64,000 nt of DNA, from positions 372,001-436,000 of the forward strand of contig NW_025767734.1 of the NCBI RefSeq assembly GCF_003918875.1, written 5' to 3'. The notes beneath the pieces were generated by a model. It saw nothing but the letters and a program-made list of their open reading frames with translations. It ran no database searches and was not told where the DNA came from. Both the position numbers and the translations under genes were made by a program. Origin of the DNA: Haliotis rubra. Taxonomy: Eukaryota. Below are positions 12,001-24,264 of the stretch, one piece after another; position 1 is the stretch's first letter, and each line of letters opens with the position of its first letter.

Positions 12001-15000
12001 AACAGCCTCACTGAATCTTTACTTGGAAGCAAAGACCGGGGCCTCAATGGAAAGAAGATGACTCTGAAAGAAAAGGATAAGACTAAGCCTTCATTCTTAG
12101 ACCTGATGAAAAGAAAACGACTGGCCGCGAATGTGTTTGTATTGTGGTTTGTATGGTACGTTATCCCACTTTCTCAATTAGTCAACCGAAATGAATTTAG
12201 TTGTGACGTAATAGTTTGGGCTCAGACCGAGAATGAATGAACAAATTCATGTCAATGTTCAACCTCTAACTGTGTCACCTGCAGCTTGGAATAGCCAACA
12301 CGTGACAGATATATTGGTGACCTAACCAAGTTATCAATAAGCTATCTGCCAGAAAGATGGCCCTACACTTTTGAATCCATACATATAACGTAATGAGAGT
12401 CATCGTAATTATCAAGTCCTCCGGATCTAAAACACTGTTATGTGTGTCACTTCTATTGGTGTTTCTAAATGTACATATCTCACAAAGGATTTTTCTCGAG
12501 TCACAGTGCCTCATTCATAAATATGTCTCTTGTAATGCTCGTTTGTGATGTTTGTTGTGATGCCAGTGTATGTGTTTCAGGATAACAGACAGTTTAACAG
12601 TGTTTGGACTATTCATGATGTCCCATTCTCTCGCTGGCAGCCCCCACGTCAATTTCGTGCTTTACTCTCTCCTTGAGGCTCCGTCAGTTCTTGTCTTCTA
12701 CTTCATGGTCGACAGGTACACTCTTCCCTGACATCATGAATGAATTATGTACGTGTACGTGTACCTTCACTGAATGGAACACTGGTAGCACGGTATATGT
12801 GCAGAGTTTCGCCTCTTTGACGTGCTGGTTCAAAGACTTTAATGCACACATATACGTATGCATTCGGTTTACCATTATCAAAATCGTGTTCTGGGGTTGC
12901 ATCAAAGAGGAATAGACCTACATTGAGCTTTCTCCTCTCATCAAACCGATCTGTTTCGGTGTCTTTATTGCTATATGCGACGGTATCTGTGTGGAGTATC
13001 CACCATGCTTAAGTGGCAGAGTAACCCTGATGGCTGTACACTGTGTGCGATAAGGTTTTAACTTCATGCTAAGGGCCACAACCTACCTCCATATTCATAC
13101 TACAACATTTAACGATAAAAGAGGAAGAGTTAATGAGTGAATTGTGAAATGCCTTAGTCAACTATATTCTGGACGACCTACTGGTAATCGAGTCTGGACC
13201 AAGAAAATTAGTAACTCAAAGTTTGATTAAAATGAATGATATTAGTGTACGGTGAGACACCGTTCTCTTCAATCTGTTGAAGCTAACGCCTGTTGCTACC
13301 TTTTCCAATTATTGAAATGAAACAGGTGTAGATTGACTCAGGTGTTCGTGCACTATATATAAATGCTACTTTGTTATATTTGACAGATATGGTCGCAAGA
13401 AGACAAGCATGACTCTACATGGCACCGCTGGTATTGCTCTGCTTGCGGCAACAGTCTGCAAATCTGTAGGCAGTAAGTAATGAAATCGATATTTATTCTG
13501 TACGAATTTCAAAACTTAACACTTGATAACCTGATTTCCACAATAGACGTGTGTGCATGATTATGAAGATAGATCTGTAGCATGCTGTTGTCATCCAGGT
13601 AACAATACCAACGAAAATTAGTGGATTGCGGCATCATGTTATGAGAAAAATATTGCATGACGTTCGCAGTCGATTCCTGATGGTCTGCGCTGACATTCTC
13701 CCTCTGATCAGTCTGCATGTGGAGGTTGTTTCACAAATTTGTTCCAGAGATGACGTATGCTGTTTTTTATTACCTCATGTTGGTATGACGCCCAAGGCCG
13801 GGGGGAAGACCTATAACAGTGTCCTTTTTTTTGCAGACGGGCCCTCAGACTGTAGTTTTAGACGACTACGGTCCAAGGCTCGTGCAACTTCTGCAACGGA
13901 CTATCCAGCATTAATGCTACCCACGGCGCGCTCAAATTGATGTTTTATTAGTCGAAGCATGCTGTTTTTATTAACAATGGATTTTCCATGTGTATTCCTG
14001 TTTAGCAATACTGATGTGCTTGCATTCCAATGCACGCGCAATCGCTAAGGTAATTATGTGACACGCTACACGTAATTTTGTTTCACAATTTTTCACGTTT
14101 TATGACCAAACGTTTCACTTTGCCTTCTATGAACATGTTTAAAGGGGACATGCGTCATTGCCATGTGTATGGCGCTACAAGAAACTAAAAAGAATTGCCT
14201 CCTCACAGTTATTATCAATACTGTTGGTGTCAAGTTTCCAATTTTGGTGAAATATAATAAGGTCTGTTAGATGAAAAGAGCAAACATTTGATAATTCTGC
14301 AGGGTAAAGCACCAAACAAGGTACTGTACAATATATATTATATATAACGAACCAGAGTTCCTTGGCATGCCAAAACTTTCTGTTCATGGATTTGAATTCC
14401 TTATTTTACTGATAATGTAAGTGTGTCAGCACAATACCCGTGCTCATGAAGTCCGCCAATGAGGATTTATAACAGCAATATTGTGTAATTGAGCGTTGAA
14501 CTCTCAATCACCCATATACACACTTTTACCCAGCAATATAATTTGTTATGTTCAGTATGTTAGTGGTCTTTATGGTACAGCACTCTGGATTTTCTAACAC
14601 GTCATACACCCTGGTTCCAGAAGGCAGCTCATGGTCTCCGATTGCTGTCACAGCCTTCTCTTGTATCGGGATGTTCGGGGCGGCGGGAGCATGGGGAACG
14701 TCCTTCTTCTTCACACCAGAAATGTTTCCAACGAATCTGAGGTCAGTCTTCTTTGAAATGATCACATCTATGTGCAGTACCTATTCATACATTTATTTGG
14801 GGCTCTTTCAATTAAATTGTATCAATGTAAATTACGTGATACTGGAACATATCCCAACATTTGGAGAGAGGCAATGCTGTTTCAGTGTACACATTTCGCG
14901 AACACCTAGTTCAACATTATTGTTTGTTAATTATTCATAATTTCACAATAATTTAATTCACTTACATGAAAACAACAAAGTAACTTATTTCAGAAATGTT

Positions 15001-15630
15001 GGACTGGGGACTTCGTCTGCCTGTTCTCGGCTTGGTGGGATGTTGGCTCCTTTCTCGAGTCTCCTTGTAAGTATGACCAGATCCAACGTTAACGCTTAGT
15101 TGTATCATCATTATTCCTTGTGCAGTATCAAACTAGTAAATTCGCACAGATCGCAGTTCGCTGTTTGTTACTGTTCGATACAGCTCAGTTATGTTTCACG
15201 GAGTTACTAAGGTTCTAAACCGATTTTAGCACGATTCCAACGATTTCTACACGACTATATAACTAGTCCTTTTCCTGAACATTCCTTGGTATTGAAATTG
15301 AATCTGAACAACTGGGATACGATGACATGCATCCACCAAGTCCGGGTGGGGTTGGCGGGGTTTGCATTTGAAATCAGCACAGGGACGTTTTATGCACCAT
15401 TGAAGCCAGTTTAGATTGAAATACCGTATTTGTTCGCATAAATGCAGGCTGAACACGTGGAGTGGGCCCCTGGAACCATCTTCGGAGTGTGCTGTCTCCT
15501 AGCTACCCTCCTCGTGAACGTCCTGCCAGAGACGATGGGGAGAGAACTCCCGCAAACCGTGGACGACGTGGAAGCATGGCACAAGAAGACGGACGCCAAA
15601 ACAGCTAAAGATATGGACAATTCTCCTTAG
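6049..15630 (+). CDS. SLC22-family (organic cation/carnitine/anion transporter-like, MFS) gene, copy A, 10 coding exons, 565 aa
   Basis: Exons 6049-6187, 7734-7954, 8461-8691, 8893-9095, 11850-12155, 12581-12715, 13387-13472, 14621-14741, 14994-15066, 15448-15630. All introns GT-AG with consistent phases; total 1698 nt, no internal stop. SLC22 motifs: LGGAGRYQ, Cys/N-glycan-rich loop, MDIVCDR, SDHYGRR, EMFPSRHR, DESLSWL, DRYGRK, PEMFPTNLR, SRLGGMLAPF, LPETMG. Confidence 0.92.
6680..6920 (+). mobile_element. Possible Penelope-like element terminal fragment
   Basis: cacctcatgaaggggtaagaattagcccaaaaacgtcg resembles a decayed CTGATGA...GAAA hammerhead core; absent from copy C intron 1. Confidence 0.4.
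9646..10020 (-). mobile_element. SINE with 5S rRNA-derived head and L2-type tail
   Basis: Minus strand: gaagttaagcagcgtcgagctcggagagtccttggatgggtgaccg (5S A-box to C-box); body cacccagcaggaaaatgggtacc; tail gcgctatataaat...(ATT)n. Absent from the homologous LINE UTR at ~19480. Confidence 0.8.
10247..11124 (+). mobile_element. Internally deleted Tc1-like element
   Basis: TIRs tactatccaaaaaaagaaacgcata / tatgcgtttcttttttggaatag in TA context; decayed transposase start at 10574 (MPGVDAATRNIAI...GRPPVTTPAQDRYIR...ISGQTVRNRL). Confidence 0.85.
11377..11590. mobile_element. MITE, PIF/Harbinger-like
   Basis: ~40-bp TIRs ggaaccgttcataatttatggc / gccataaattatgaacggtccc, 3-bp TSD CTA; absent at the homologous site in C. 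Confidence 0.8.
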
Positions 15631-15749
15631 TGTCTTGGAACTGAGAATTTCCTGACCCTATATTCAAGAATATAATAATGATGTGCGAAATTCGGTTCAT
15701 TGGGTTAAGAAGCACACCATACATTGTTGTGAAAAAACACATATATGAT

Positions 15750-18130
15750 TGTAAACCAATAGTGAGTTTTTTTCCACAATCTGATTGGTTAATTATCCTT
15801 GTCGAATAGTGTTCGACATACCTGAAAATGATGGCCTAATAACCGCACATTAATACGTTGGCACTAATACCGTACTACTTTCGCTGCATGAATTTGCATA
15901 ATGGAGGAACATTATCACCTCAATTTCTTTCCCTGGGATTTTGATACAATCTTTGAAGATGACAAAGTCTTGGAAGAATTATTCAAAGATGATGGTGACA
16001 GGTGTATACAATCACATGGCACATAGTCATATGTGATCAGATAATAGTAAAGTGATTGAAGAGCCATAAAATAATACCCTTCAACATTGTTCAATGATGT
16101 TATTCACAAATGAACTGCTCTGCAAATTTCAAGCATTCGTGTATTTCATTTGGTTCAATATTCCAAGTTTAAAAATTATTATTCAGCCAAAGAATAAGTT
16201 AATGATACTTGTTTCTGGATATTGATCTTCCAAAATACACCAATCCCAGCACTCCGGACGTTTCCACTTCCACTGGTAATTCCAGCGCTAACGCTGACCC
16301 AGCTCCATCTTGTCCACCGAGCGTCCCTCCACAGTCCCGCTTTGCTAAGGTTGATGAGAATGGCCTAAGGGAAATAATTGATGGGTCATTATTGAAAGCA
16401 ACTGAGAGAAATACAATTTGGGGCGTAAAACTCTTCAGAGGTGTGCAACGTTTAACATTTTGTAAACAAGCCCAAAGGAACTTGCATGTTAGTTACCTCC
16501 CTTTCACTAGACTGCCACACGGCTTCTAAACACAATTATCAACGGAATATAAGTAAACATAGCTATCATTTCTAAAAAAACAGCTTTCAACATGATTTAC
16601 ATCTGATCTAACACTGAATGATAATATCATGATATACTAAAATAGCAAAAAATAAATACCAATCGGTTATCATGAATAGGTATCGTAGATCTAATGCAGT
16701 CTAGGAAATCCCACTGATACAAGCCCAAGCCCAAGCATATAAAAACAATTAAAAATGTTGAAATCTTACCTTTTGTGTCCGGTTTCATCCTTCAAATCGT
16801 ATGAATCCCAATAACGAATTGTTCTTTCAACATCCAAAATTTGTCGTCGATATCCGCGATTCTGTTTGGTATAGGTCCGTCTCACATTCTCGCGGGTTTC
16901 CTATTCTCGCGGTAAACACGTTTTCTGCCGAAATCGCCGATGCGCGACACTTACCGGTTGTTTACAACACCGGGGGCGGTGGGGTAGCCTAGTGGTTAAA
17001 GCGTTGGCTCGTCATGCCGAAGACCCGGGTTCGAATCCCCACATGGGTACAATTTGTGAAGCCCATTTCTGGTGTCCCCCGCCGTGATGTTGCTGGAATA
17101 TTGCTTAAAGCGGCGTAAAACCAAATTCAGTCAGTCAGTCAGTTTACAACACCGACTGGTAACTAGGAAGTGGACCAAGACTGTAAGTGATCAAAATCTT
17201 GCAGTGTCACGAATATTGGGGAGTTTATACCAACTTGGACATATCATTACTTTTTCCCGCCCTTTCCGGCAGGATTGCTAATACCGCGAGAATGGGAGAA
17301 GCCTCGTTTCGTCAATGGCGGATCGTATTGTTTATCACCGGGCTCACGAGTGGTAATTCACCTGATCGATCTGGCAGCTGATAGATGTAGATGTTAGAGG
17401 AGAAGGCCCTTCATTTTAATACAACAAGCATGAATACGATACGAATTGTTTGTGTTATTTTTTCAGCCGATATCCGTAAGTACCGCGAGAATAGGGAACA
17501 CCTTCCTACACCTCACGGTGAGTTGGCAAACATTCACTGTCACAAATGTTGAAATACATCTCGAACAATACCAAGTTTCCACATACGTACACAAATCACT
17601 GCCTTTGCACAACAGCCGTCAATCTGCTTTCCCATGCCGGAATCGAGTTTAAAGTTCAAAATCATACTGCACCGAATCCAGCAGTGTATACAGAAGAGGT
17701 CGTACTCGGCCATTTTGCAGGGGTCTGATCACCAACATGTCGATTCTCGTGCTGGTGCCACTGTTTCATCATCTAAGCCCTCTTCACACTTGCAAAGTTC
17801 TTCAATTGTGTCCGTGATGGGAATGTTTCAGGGCATACACAATTCTAACATAAATGTCAACTTCGTTAATCAACAGTAGGCCTAACTTGACACAATCAAA
17901 TCCATGTGATCATCCTTGATTGGACTAGTCTACGTAAGATTACATGAGGTGGAGAAGGTAGCATAAAATTGAATTCTTTCATTGTCATTGTAATTCCAGT
18001 GGTATTGCAGTAATTGAGATTAACATGAAGACATGTATTATGTCACTCATCAAGTTTAATTCAAAGAGCTCCTGAAACAAAATGACTGAATACATTTTGT
18101 ATTTGTGTATTAATATTAACAGGTATTCAT
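15750..18130 (+). mobile_element. Decayed Crypton-type (tyrosine recombinase, DUF3504-like) element
   Basis: SRFAKVDENGLREII...ATERNTIWGVKLFR (~16335-16440) and VGKHSLSQMLKYIS...YTNHCLCTTAVNLLSHAG (~17522-17640; HxLR motif decayed). Absent after gene C. Confidence 0.65.
16973..17141 (+). mobile_element. tRNA-derived SINE, family 1
   Basis: Full-length copy; 13-bp TSD gtttacaacaccg. Confidence 0.92.
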
Positions 18131-18774
18131 TTCGAACATGACGTAAGGGGTGACAAGAACGGATCTCGCTGGTGTTGCTGGGTAATGTGCCGATCTTGTC
18201 GAGGGGTTGACCCTTGGACGACCGCTCCGAGGAAAGTAGCGTTGTATCCCATACGTTCATTTTGGGCAGTGTCCAGCCCGCGTCTGATAGCCTGGATGAG
18301 TTAAGCGTGCACTGTTGAAATATGTGAAGTCTTATACCCAAAGTGACAATTCGGCATGTTGGATTTTACGAGAAGTGTGTGCATAAACATGTTCATTGGT
18401 ATGGTGCGTTTGGTGACTATTGATGTGTTTTTCCAGCCAAGTGCAGCCAGGCTTCACTATATGGATATGTGCCATATCTTTCCATCAGAACATGAAGATA
18501 GCTCCACGTAGTGTGAACGTTACACATTATTTCATGGACTTTATTTCAAGTGGTCCATTGATATGACAGCAACGCTGAATGGAATCAGCGGTGGGTAGTT
18601 CAGTTAAAGCGTCGCTCGTCCCGAAACCAGAACAACATCCTATTCAACATCATTGGCATATAGTGTCGTTACCTAGTGTTGAAGCAACAGGGATCACTTT
18701 GAAAAATCATATTTGTTATGCATTGGGATCAACTGCATCTATGTCAGCCCCAGAACTCATCATTCAATTTTTGT

Positions 18775-19230
18775 ATACCTTCACTTTCATCTACTTCTAC
18801 ACCTACACCTACAGCCACTTCTCCACTTACACCTACACCTTCACCTTCACCTTCACCTTCACCTACACATACCTGCACCTGCACCTGCATCTACACCTAT
18901 ACCTATACCATCACCTTCACCTTTGCCTACACCTTCACCTGCACCAACACCTGCACCAACACCTACACCTGCACCATCACCTACACCTACACCTACACCT
19001 GCACCATCACCTGCACCTACACCTGCACCAACACCTACACCTTCATCTACACCTGCACCTGCACATTCAACCATACCTGCACCTACACCTACACCTTCAC
19101 TCATACCTGCACCTACCCCATCACCAACACCTGCACCTACACCCAACCCTTCACAAACACCGACACCTACCTCTACACCTATACCTACATCTACATCTGC
19201 ACCCACTGCTCCACTTACACCTACATCTTT
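18775..19230 (+). repeat. (ACACCT/GCACCT/TCACCT)n hexamer simple repeat
   Basis: Direct inspection; produces PT, HL and YT low-complexity ORFs. Confidence 0.95.
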
Positions 19231-19254
19231 ACATTTTTTCTGGACAATACAATG

Positions 19255-19690
19255 TAAAAACGGACTATAGATCGCCAACAACTGAAGGTAGATCACCATA
19301 CTAGGGCCCATGGGGACTTGCAGTAACTTTGCTACCTGCATGGACCATAGCTGGATTTACACCATCCCTTCAGCGGCTGGCGATGGTCGGAAAACTGAGC
19401 CAAATTTTTGAAGAAAAAAAAATCTTCTACGATTAAAAAGCTTGGTAGAGCTAAACTGTCTTTGATAGTTTTGGGACTTACGTACCCTCTCAATAGGACA
19501 ATATAATGTTACGATACTTTAACCCCCTTTGAGGATACAGCCAGTAACAATCGCACTGATAAAATACCAATCTTCTACTTACAAAACATATTGTTAAAAC
19601 ATTATCTAATAATTTTATTTCTTTAAAAACAAACAATTATTAAATGAAAATTCACATTATAAGAATGATCCTTGATTGTTTTGACACTGA
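19255..19690 (-). mobile_element. Fragment of the same Nimb-like LINE 3'UTR
   Basis: Reverse complement of ~9430-9645 joined to ~10021-10243; absent from duplication unit 2. Confidence 0.75.
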
Positions 19691-20088
19691 AGAATCAGCA
19701 AGAGATTGGATATGGACTACTTTACTGCAGACTGCATAACGGTTTTCCTATGTGGTCATGGTCGGTCCAGAGCAATTGTTGTTCAGATGACAGTAAGGAT
19801 TCACGTGGTTATTGTGTTTGTTGACTTCATGTGGTCGTTCTGTCTGAATATTTACTCTTACTTTCTAACACTCTTCAGTCACAATGCAGTCAGAAGAGAC
19901 ATAGCTTGAATGTTGCTGTTAGCTGACAACAGCATTAAACATTCACCCACTGAGTTGAGGCACAACGCAAATTATACATATTTACAAATCAATACAAAGG
20001 CATCACAATGGCAGTACAAAACAGTGTGGCAGCTCAAATTCAAAGGTAAATCATCACAAGAGCAGTGACCATACCAATAAAGACAATG

Positions 20089-20952
20089 GTGGTTATATTC
20101 ACCTCTCATCAACAGTGATCCAACTTGGAAGGCAGGGCAGAGAGTGTCCAGGGTTTGATCATCACAAACAATGCTGGTTATATTCACCTCTCATCAACAG
20201 TGATCCAACTTGGAAGACAGGGCAGAGAGTGTCCAGGGTTTGATCATCACAAACAATGGTGGTTATATTCATCTCTCTCATCAACAGTGATCCAACTTGG
20301 ATCCAACTTGGCAGACAGGGCAGAGAGCGTCCAGGGTGTGATCATCACAAACAATGCTGGTTATTCATCTCTCATCAACAGTGATCCAACTTGGAAGACA
20401 GGGCAGAGAGTGTTCAGGGTGTGATCATCACAAACAATGCTGGTTATATTCATCTCTCATCAACAGTGATCCAACTTGGAAGACAGGGCAGAGAGAGTCC
20501 AGGGTGTGATCATCACAAACAATGCTGGTTATATTCATCTCTCATCAACAGTGATCCAACTTGGAAGACAGGGCAGAGAGTGTCCAGGGTGTGATCATCA
20601 CAAACAATGCTGGTTATATTCATCTCTCATCAACAGTGATCCAACTTTGAAGACAGGCCAGAGAGCGTCCAGGGTGTGATCATCACAAACAATGCTGGTT
20701 ATATTCACCTCTCATCAACAGTGATCCAACTTGGAAGACAGGGCAGAGAGTGTCCAGGGTGTGATCATCACAAACAATGCTGGTTATATTCATCTCTCAT
20801 CAACAGTGATCCAACTTGGAAGACAGGGCAGAGAGTGTCCAGGGTGTGATCATCACAAACAGTGCTGGTTATATTCATCTCTCATCAACAGTGATCCAAC
20901 TTGGAAGACAGGGCAGAGAGTGTCCAGGGTGTGATCATCACAAACAATGATG
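20089..20952 (+). repeat. 85-bp minisatellite array, ~10 units
   Basis: Unit tggttatattcatctctcatcaacagtgatccaacttggaagacagggcagagagtgtccagggtgtgatcatcacaaacaatgc. Confidence 0.97.
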
Positions 20953-22626
20953 GTCTTCTTGTGGCTTAAGTTCTAATGTGAGATGAGAAGCAAGAGTTAG
21001 CTCCCGTTATATACCTCTCTGGAATAGGTTCTTTACTGTCCGTTACTGAATCTCCAGGTACCATGTATAACAGTTAAACCATCGTCTCACAAGGTATAAC
21101 ACTGCCTCAGAAAAATATATGGTTCTACATAAATATTTTGGCTTTGTCTCTGTGTGATTTCCTGAAAACTATTCCATGTGCTTTCAGGTAATTATGGAAA
21201 AACATGTCCAATCTCCAATTTATATCATAGATTCATTTTTTAACAAGGAAACACATTTGAATTTGTGATACTGCTAATACTATGTTCATGAACATTATTT
21301 TAGCCATACCAGAGTAGTCAGTCTACTAATACACAATAATTGTTCGTGAAAGAACAGAAAGATTTATTTCGAGGGTTTATTTGCAGGAAATACAGTGAGG
21401 TATGTTCTGTTTGGTTTTCTGTTTTTCCTACATGCAACTAATAAATAAATCCGTGATACCTTTTTCGTTTGGGGTTTAGCGCCGAGCCGCCCATGTGTTT
21501 TTCTCCAGCGTTTTTCCATGTCTCACGGGAGGCCACTCTTCGGCCCCCAAGCAAAAGCGCATACCGCGCAAAATAAACATGCACTTAGGTTTCGAACCAT
21601 AATGTCCTGTTACCTTTATATATATTTTTACTGTTCTATTTATAATTTTTCAATATGAATATATTTCTTTTGTGCTCGTGTGAAATCTCGATTGGAAGCT
21701 ATTGTGCGATTCCGACTATTTACTATGATATTGTTGTGTTTATGAATCCCTTATAAGTGCTGACGACATCAAATACAATAAGGTACAATTAAATATAGTA
21801 AGTAACTACATTTGTCATTTATAGTCAAATCTGGAAATTGTGTACCAAAAACCACTTTCAAATCTTAGTAACGGCTTAAATGATATAAGCCCCTGATCGA
21901 TTACATTTGAAGACGAATCGTATATAATAACACTACGGGATTGTTACTCAACCTTACGTTTCTGCCAAACTGCAAATGCCGGGATTTCAGTTGATGTACT
22001 TCAAGAAAATTATCAGCAAGAAGGGGAGTACAATCGATTCCCATGGGGATATTACCTAGTTCCTGCCTAAATTTCCTTTCACTACATTTTACAAATCATA
22101 TCATGACACGTCAACGACCGAGAATAACCAACCTCAATTCTCCAAGGACACACAATCCGCTGATGTAAAAGACAAAAAGTGGTGAAAATTATGTTCGCCA
22201 AAACAGTGCACATATCCTGTTCATTTCAGCAGTTTATTTTATTTTCATTTTTACAGTAAAATTCAGACGAATTTCAGTAAATTTCCTTTAGGTTTTGCAA
22301 AATTGTCTTGAACCAATGAAATTTGAGACGTAATTATATTGGAAGTCACCAAGTTAATAACAACTCGCCCATGGAATGGAAGGTTTTTCGATTCCATATT
22401 TCCTGAAAAAATTAGATGCTTTAACATAACTTGAACTTTATGAGATTCCAAATAGAAAAAATTCAATCCAGTTCAGTCTTGTTTGATTCAATTATCATTT
22501 GTAGTTGACACGACATAAGATATTAGTCATGCTAGTGTCTCTCTTCAATTGGTCACTATGCACATGCTTATGCTTTAAGGTACCACATACTTATAGGAAT
22601 GATACATGTTCAGCGACATCACTTAA

Positions 22627-22712
22627 GGGACCGTTCACATTTATGCACAAAGTAAGTGACCCCCATGCTTGTCATGTACAAAATTAATTACACCACCACC
22701 ACCACCCTCAAC
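22627..22712 (+). mobile_element. Truncated copy of the Harbinger-like MITE
   Basis: TAA|gggaccgttca...aagtgaccccccatgcttgtcatgtacaaaat resembles 11377-11590; right end missing. Confidence 0.65.
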
Positions 22713-22714
22713 TC

Positions 22715-23835
22715 TTGTAGGCTTACGAATGAACCTTACTACATGAAGAGTTATCTCCCCTGGTGTAGCAGACGGCTTCCTTTGTAGAAATGGCAGATTT
22801 GACAGCAGAAGAGAAAAGACAGCTGGTTCTAGATGATTTTGAAAGGGTTGTGACTAATGCAGAAGAGTTAGCTCATGGACATGACAATCCTCTGTCTACA
22901 GTATACAGAACTTTGAAGAATATTCAGTCAGGAGTTGGGGTTGAGCACAAGACAGGGTCAGGGAGGCCAAGGAAGTTCAGGAATACGGATCGCCGGCGAA
23001 TTGGTCAGATTGTGAGTAGGGGAAACTTAAAAAGCGTTGAGAATATCAGAAATGAGATGATTAATAGAAGCCGTAGTCAGGTATGTAATGAAACCATTAG
23101 ACAAGAATTAGAAAGACTTACCCGAGTGCAAAAACCGGAATTCCCTCACCATCCATGAAAGATGCACAAAACGAAAGACGTTAAAACTAGTGTAGGGCTC
23201 ACGACAATCCTTTCTGATGAAAGTTCTGTCTGGTTGTTTTTTTTCCAAACTGTGTGAAAATATGGACGAAAGAAAAAACTATCTACCAACGCCCAAAGCA
23301 TAGCCCGAAATTTCACATTTGGGGTGGAATATCGTGGAGTGACACCGCTGTGTATTTTCACTGGAAATTTGAACTGGAACAATATGTTGAGATCTTAAAT
23401 GGTGACCTCCTTCCAACGGCCCGAACACTGAATGAAAATAATTGCATGATAACGACCAAAAACGCACTGCGGGCTACACAAAACGGTGGTTGTCGGACGA
23501 AAATGTTCAGGTGTTAGACTGACCCAGCTAAGGCCCAGATCTTAAACCCATTGAAAATAAACCAAAAAAGGCGTAGAAACATTGAGGATATGAAGAAAGA
23601 AGTGGTCGATAGGCTGTCACACGATTTCCTACAAACTTTGATCGGTAGTGTACCTAGGCGCATTTAGTCTTGTATTGCACGGCAAGGAGGTCTCACAAAG
23701 TGTTGAAAAGACACTAAGACTGTAAGAGAATCATATCTCAACATATTCATTTAAATAAAACCTCTAAAGTTTACTTACATGTATTAGATATTTGCCGAAA
23801 CAACTTTCTCAATAATTTCTGGGAATACAATACAT
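22715..23835 (+). mobile_element. Decayed Tc1-like transposon
   Basis: ORF 22790 (LSTVYRTLK...GSGRPRKF...ETIRQEL), then frameshifted SDESS, PKFHIWGGIS, HDND, LNPIEN motifs. Confidence 0.85.
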
Positions 23836-24264
23836 CAGGGTACATCAAACAACAATGCTGAGCTGGGTTGAAATCACTGATGCTCTTTGGTTTGTCCATA
23901 CTGGTCACGGACCTGAAATACGCTGGACTGTCAGGATGTATTCCCCCATTGAGCAGACAGTCCTGTATAATAGAAGTAATGTTCACATTCCAACTGAGTC
24001 CAATGCTACTAGGAATAGACATTCTGGTGACATGAATCAAGGCATCAATAAAACTATCCGTCAGAAAAATGCAGTAAACGTCCTTACATTATCAGTAAAG
24101 AAAGGCATCATATTTTTTCGAGACCTCCAGATCAAGAAATTGAAATGTGTGCCATATCTATTTATGTTTCTAAATGCACATATCTTAAACATACCCCTCA
24201 CAGGTCAGCCTCAGTGACTCACTCACAAAGATGTTTGTTGTAAGTTTCGTTTATGATGTTTCAG

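Larger units (their letters stand above)
4876..22626 (+). repeat. Segmental duplication, unit 1 (gene A + spacer + D-type upstream region)
   Basis: Collinear similarity with ~32190-48722: upstream block (tggtttcaggctgacagaaactagatga), introns, ACACCT tract, 85-bp array, and 20950-22626 vs 47085-48722. Boundaries approximate. Confidence 0.85.

Noticed and set aside
15411-15620. Antisense ORF recurring opposite exon 10 (also 55215-55466)
   Set aside because: Shadow of the conserved sense exon; no independent evidence.
18579-19341. Pro/Thr-, His/Leu- and Tyr/Thr-rich ORFs (also 44294-44772) as mucin or extensin genes
   Set aside because: They come from a stop-free hexamer microsatellite open in several frames; length and frame are not conserved between the duplicates.
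20089-20952. 85-bp arrays (also 45198-47083) as a CRISPR array or repeat-protein gene
   Set aside because: Units are contiguous with no unique spacers. 85 is not a multiple of 3, so the ORFs cycle frames and stop; the context is eukaryotic.
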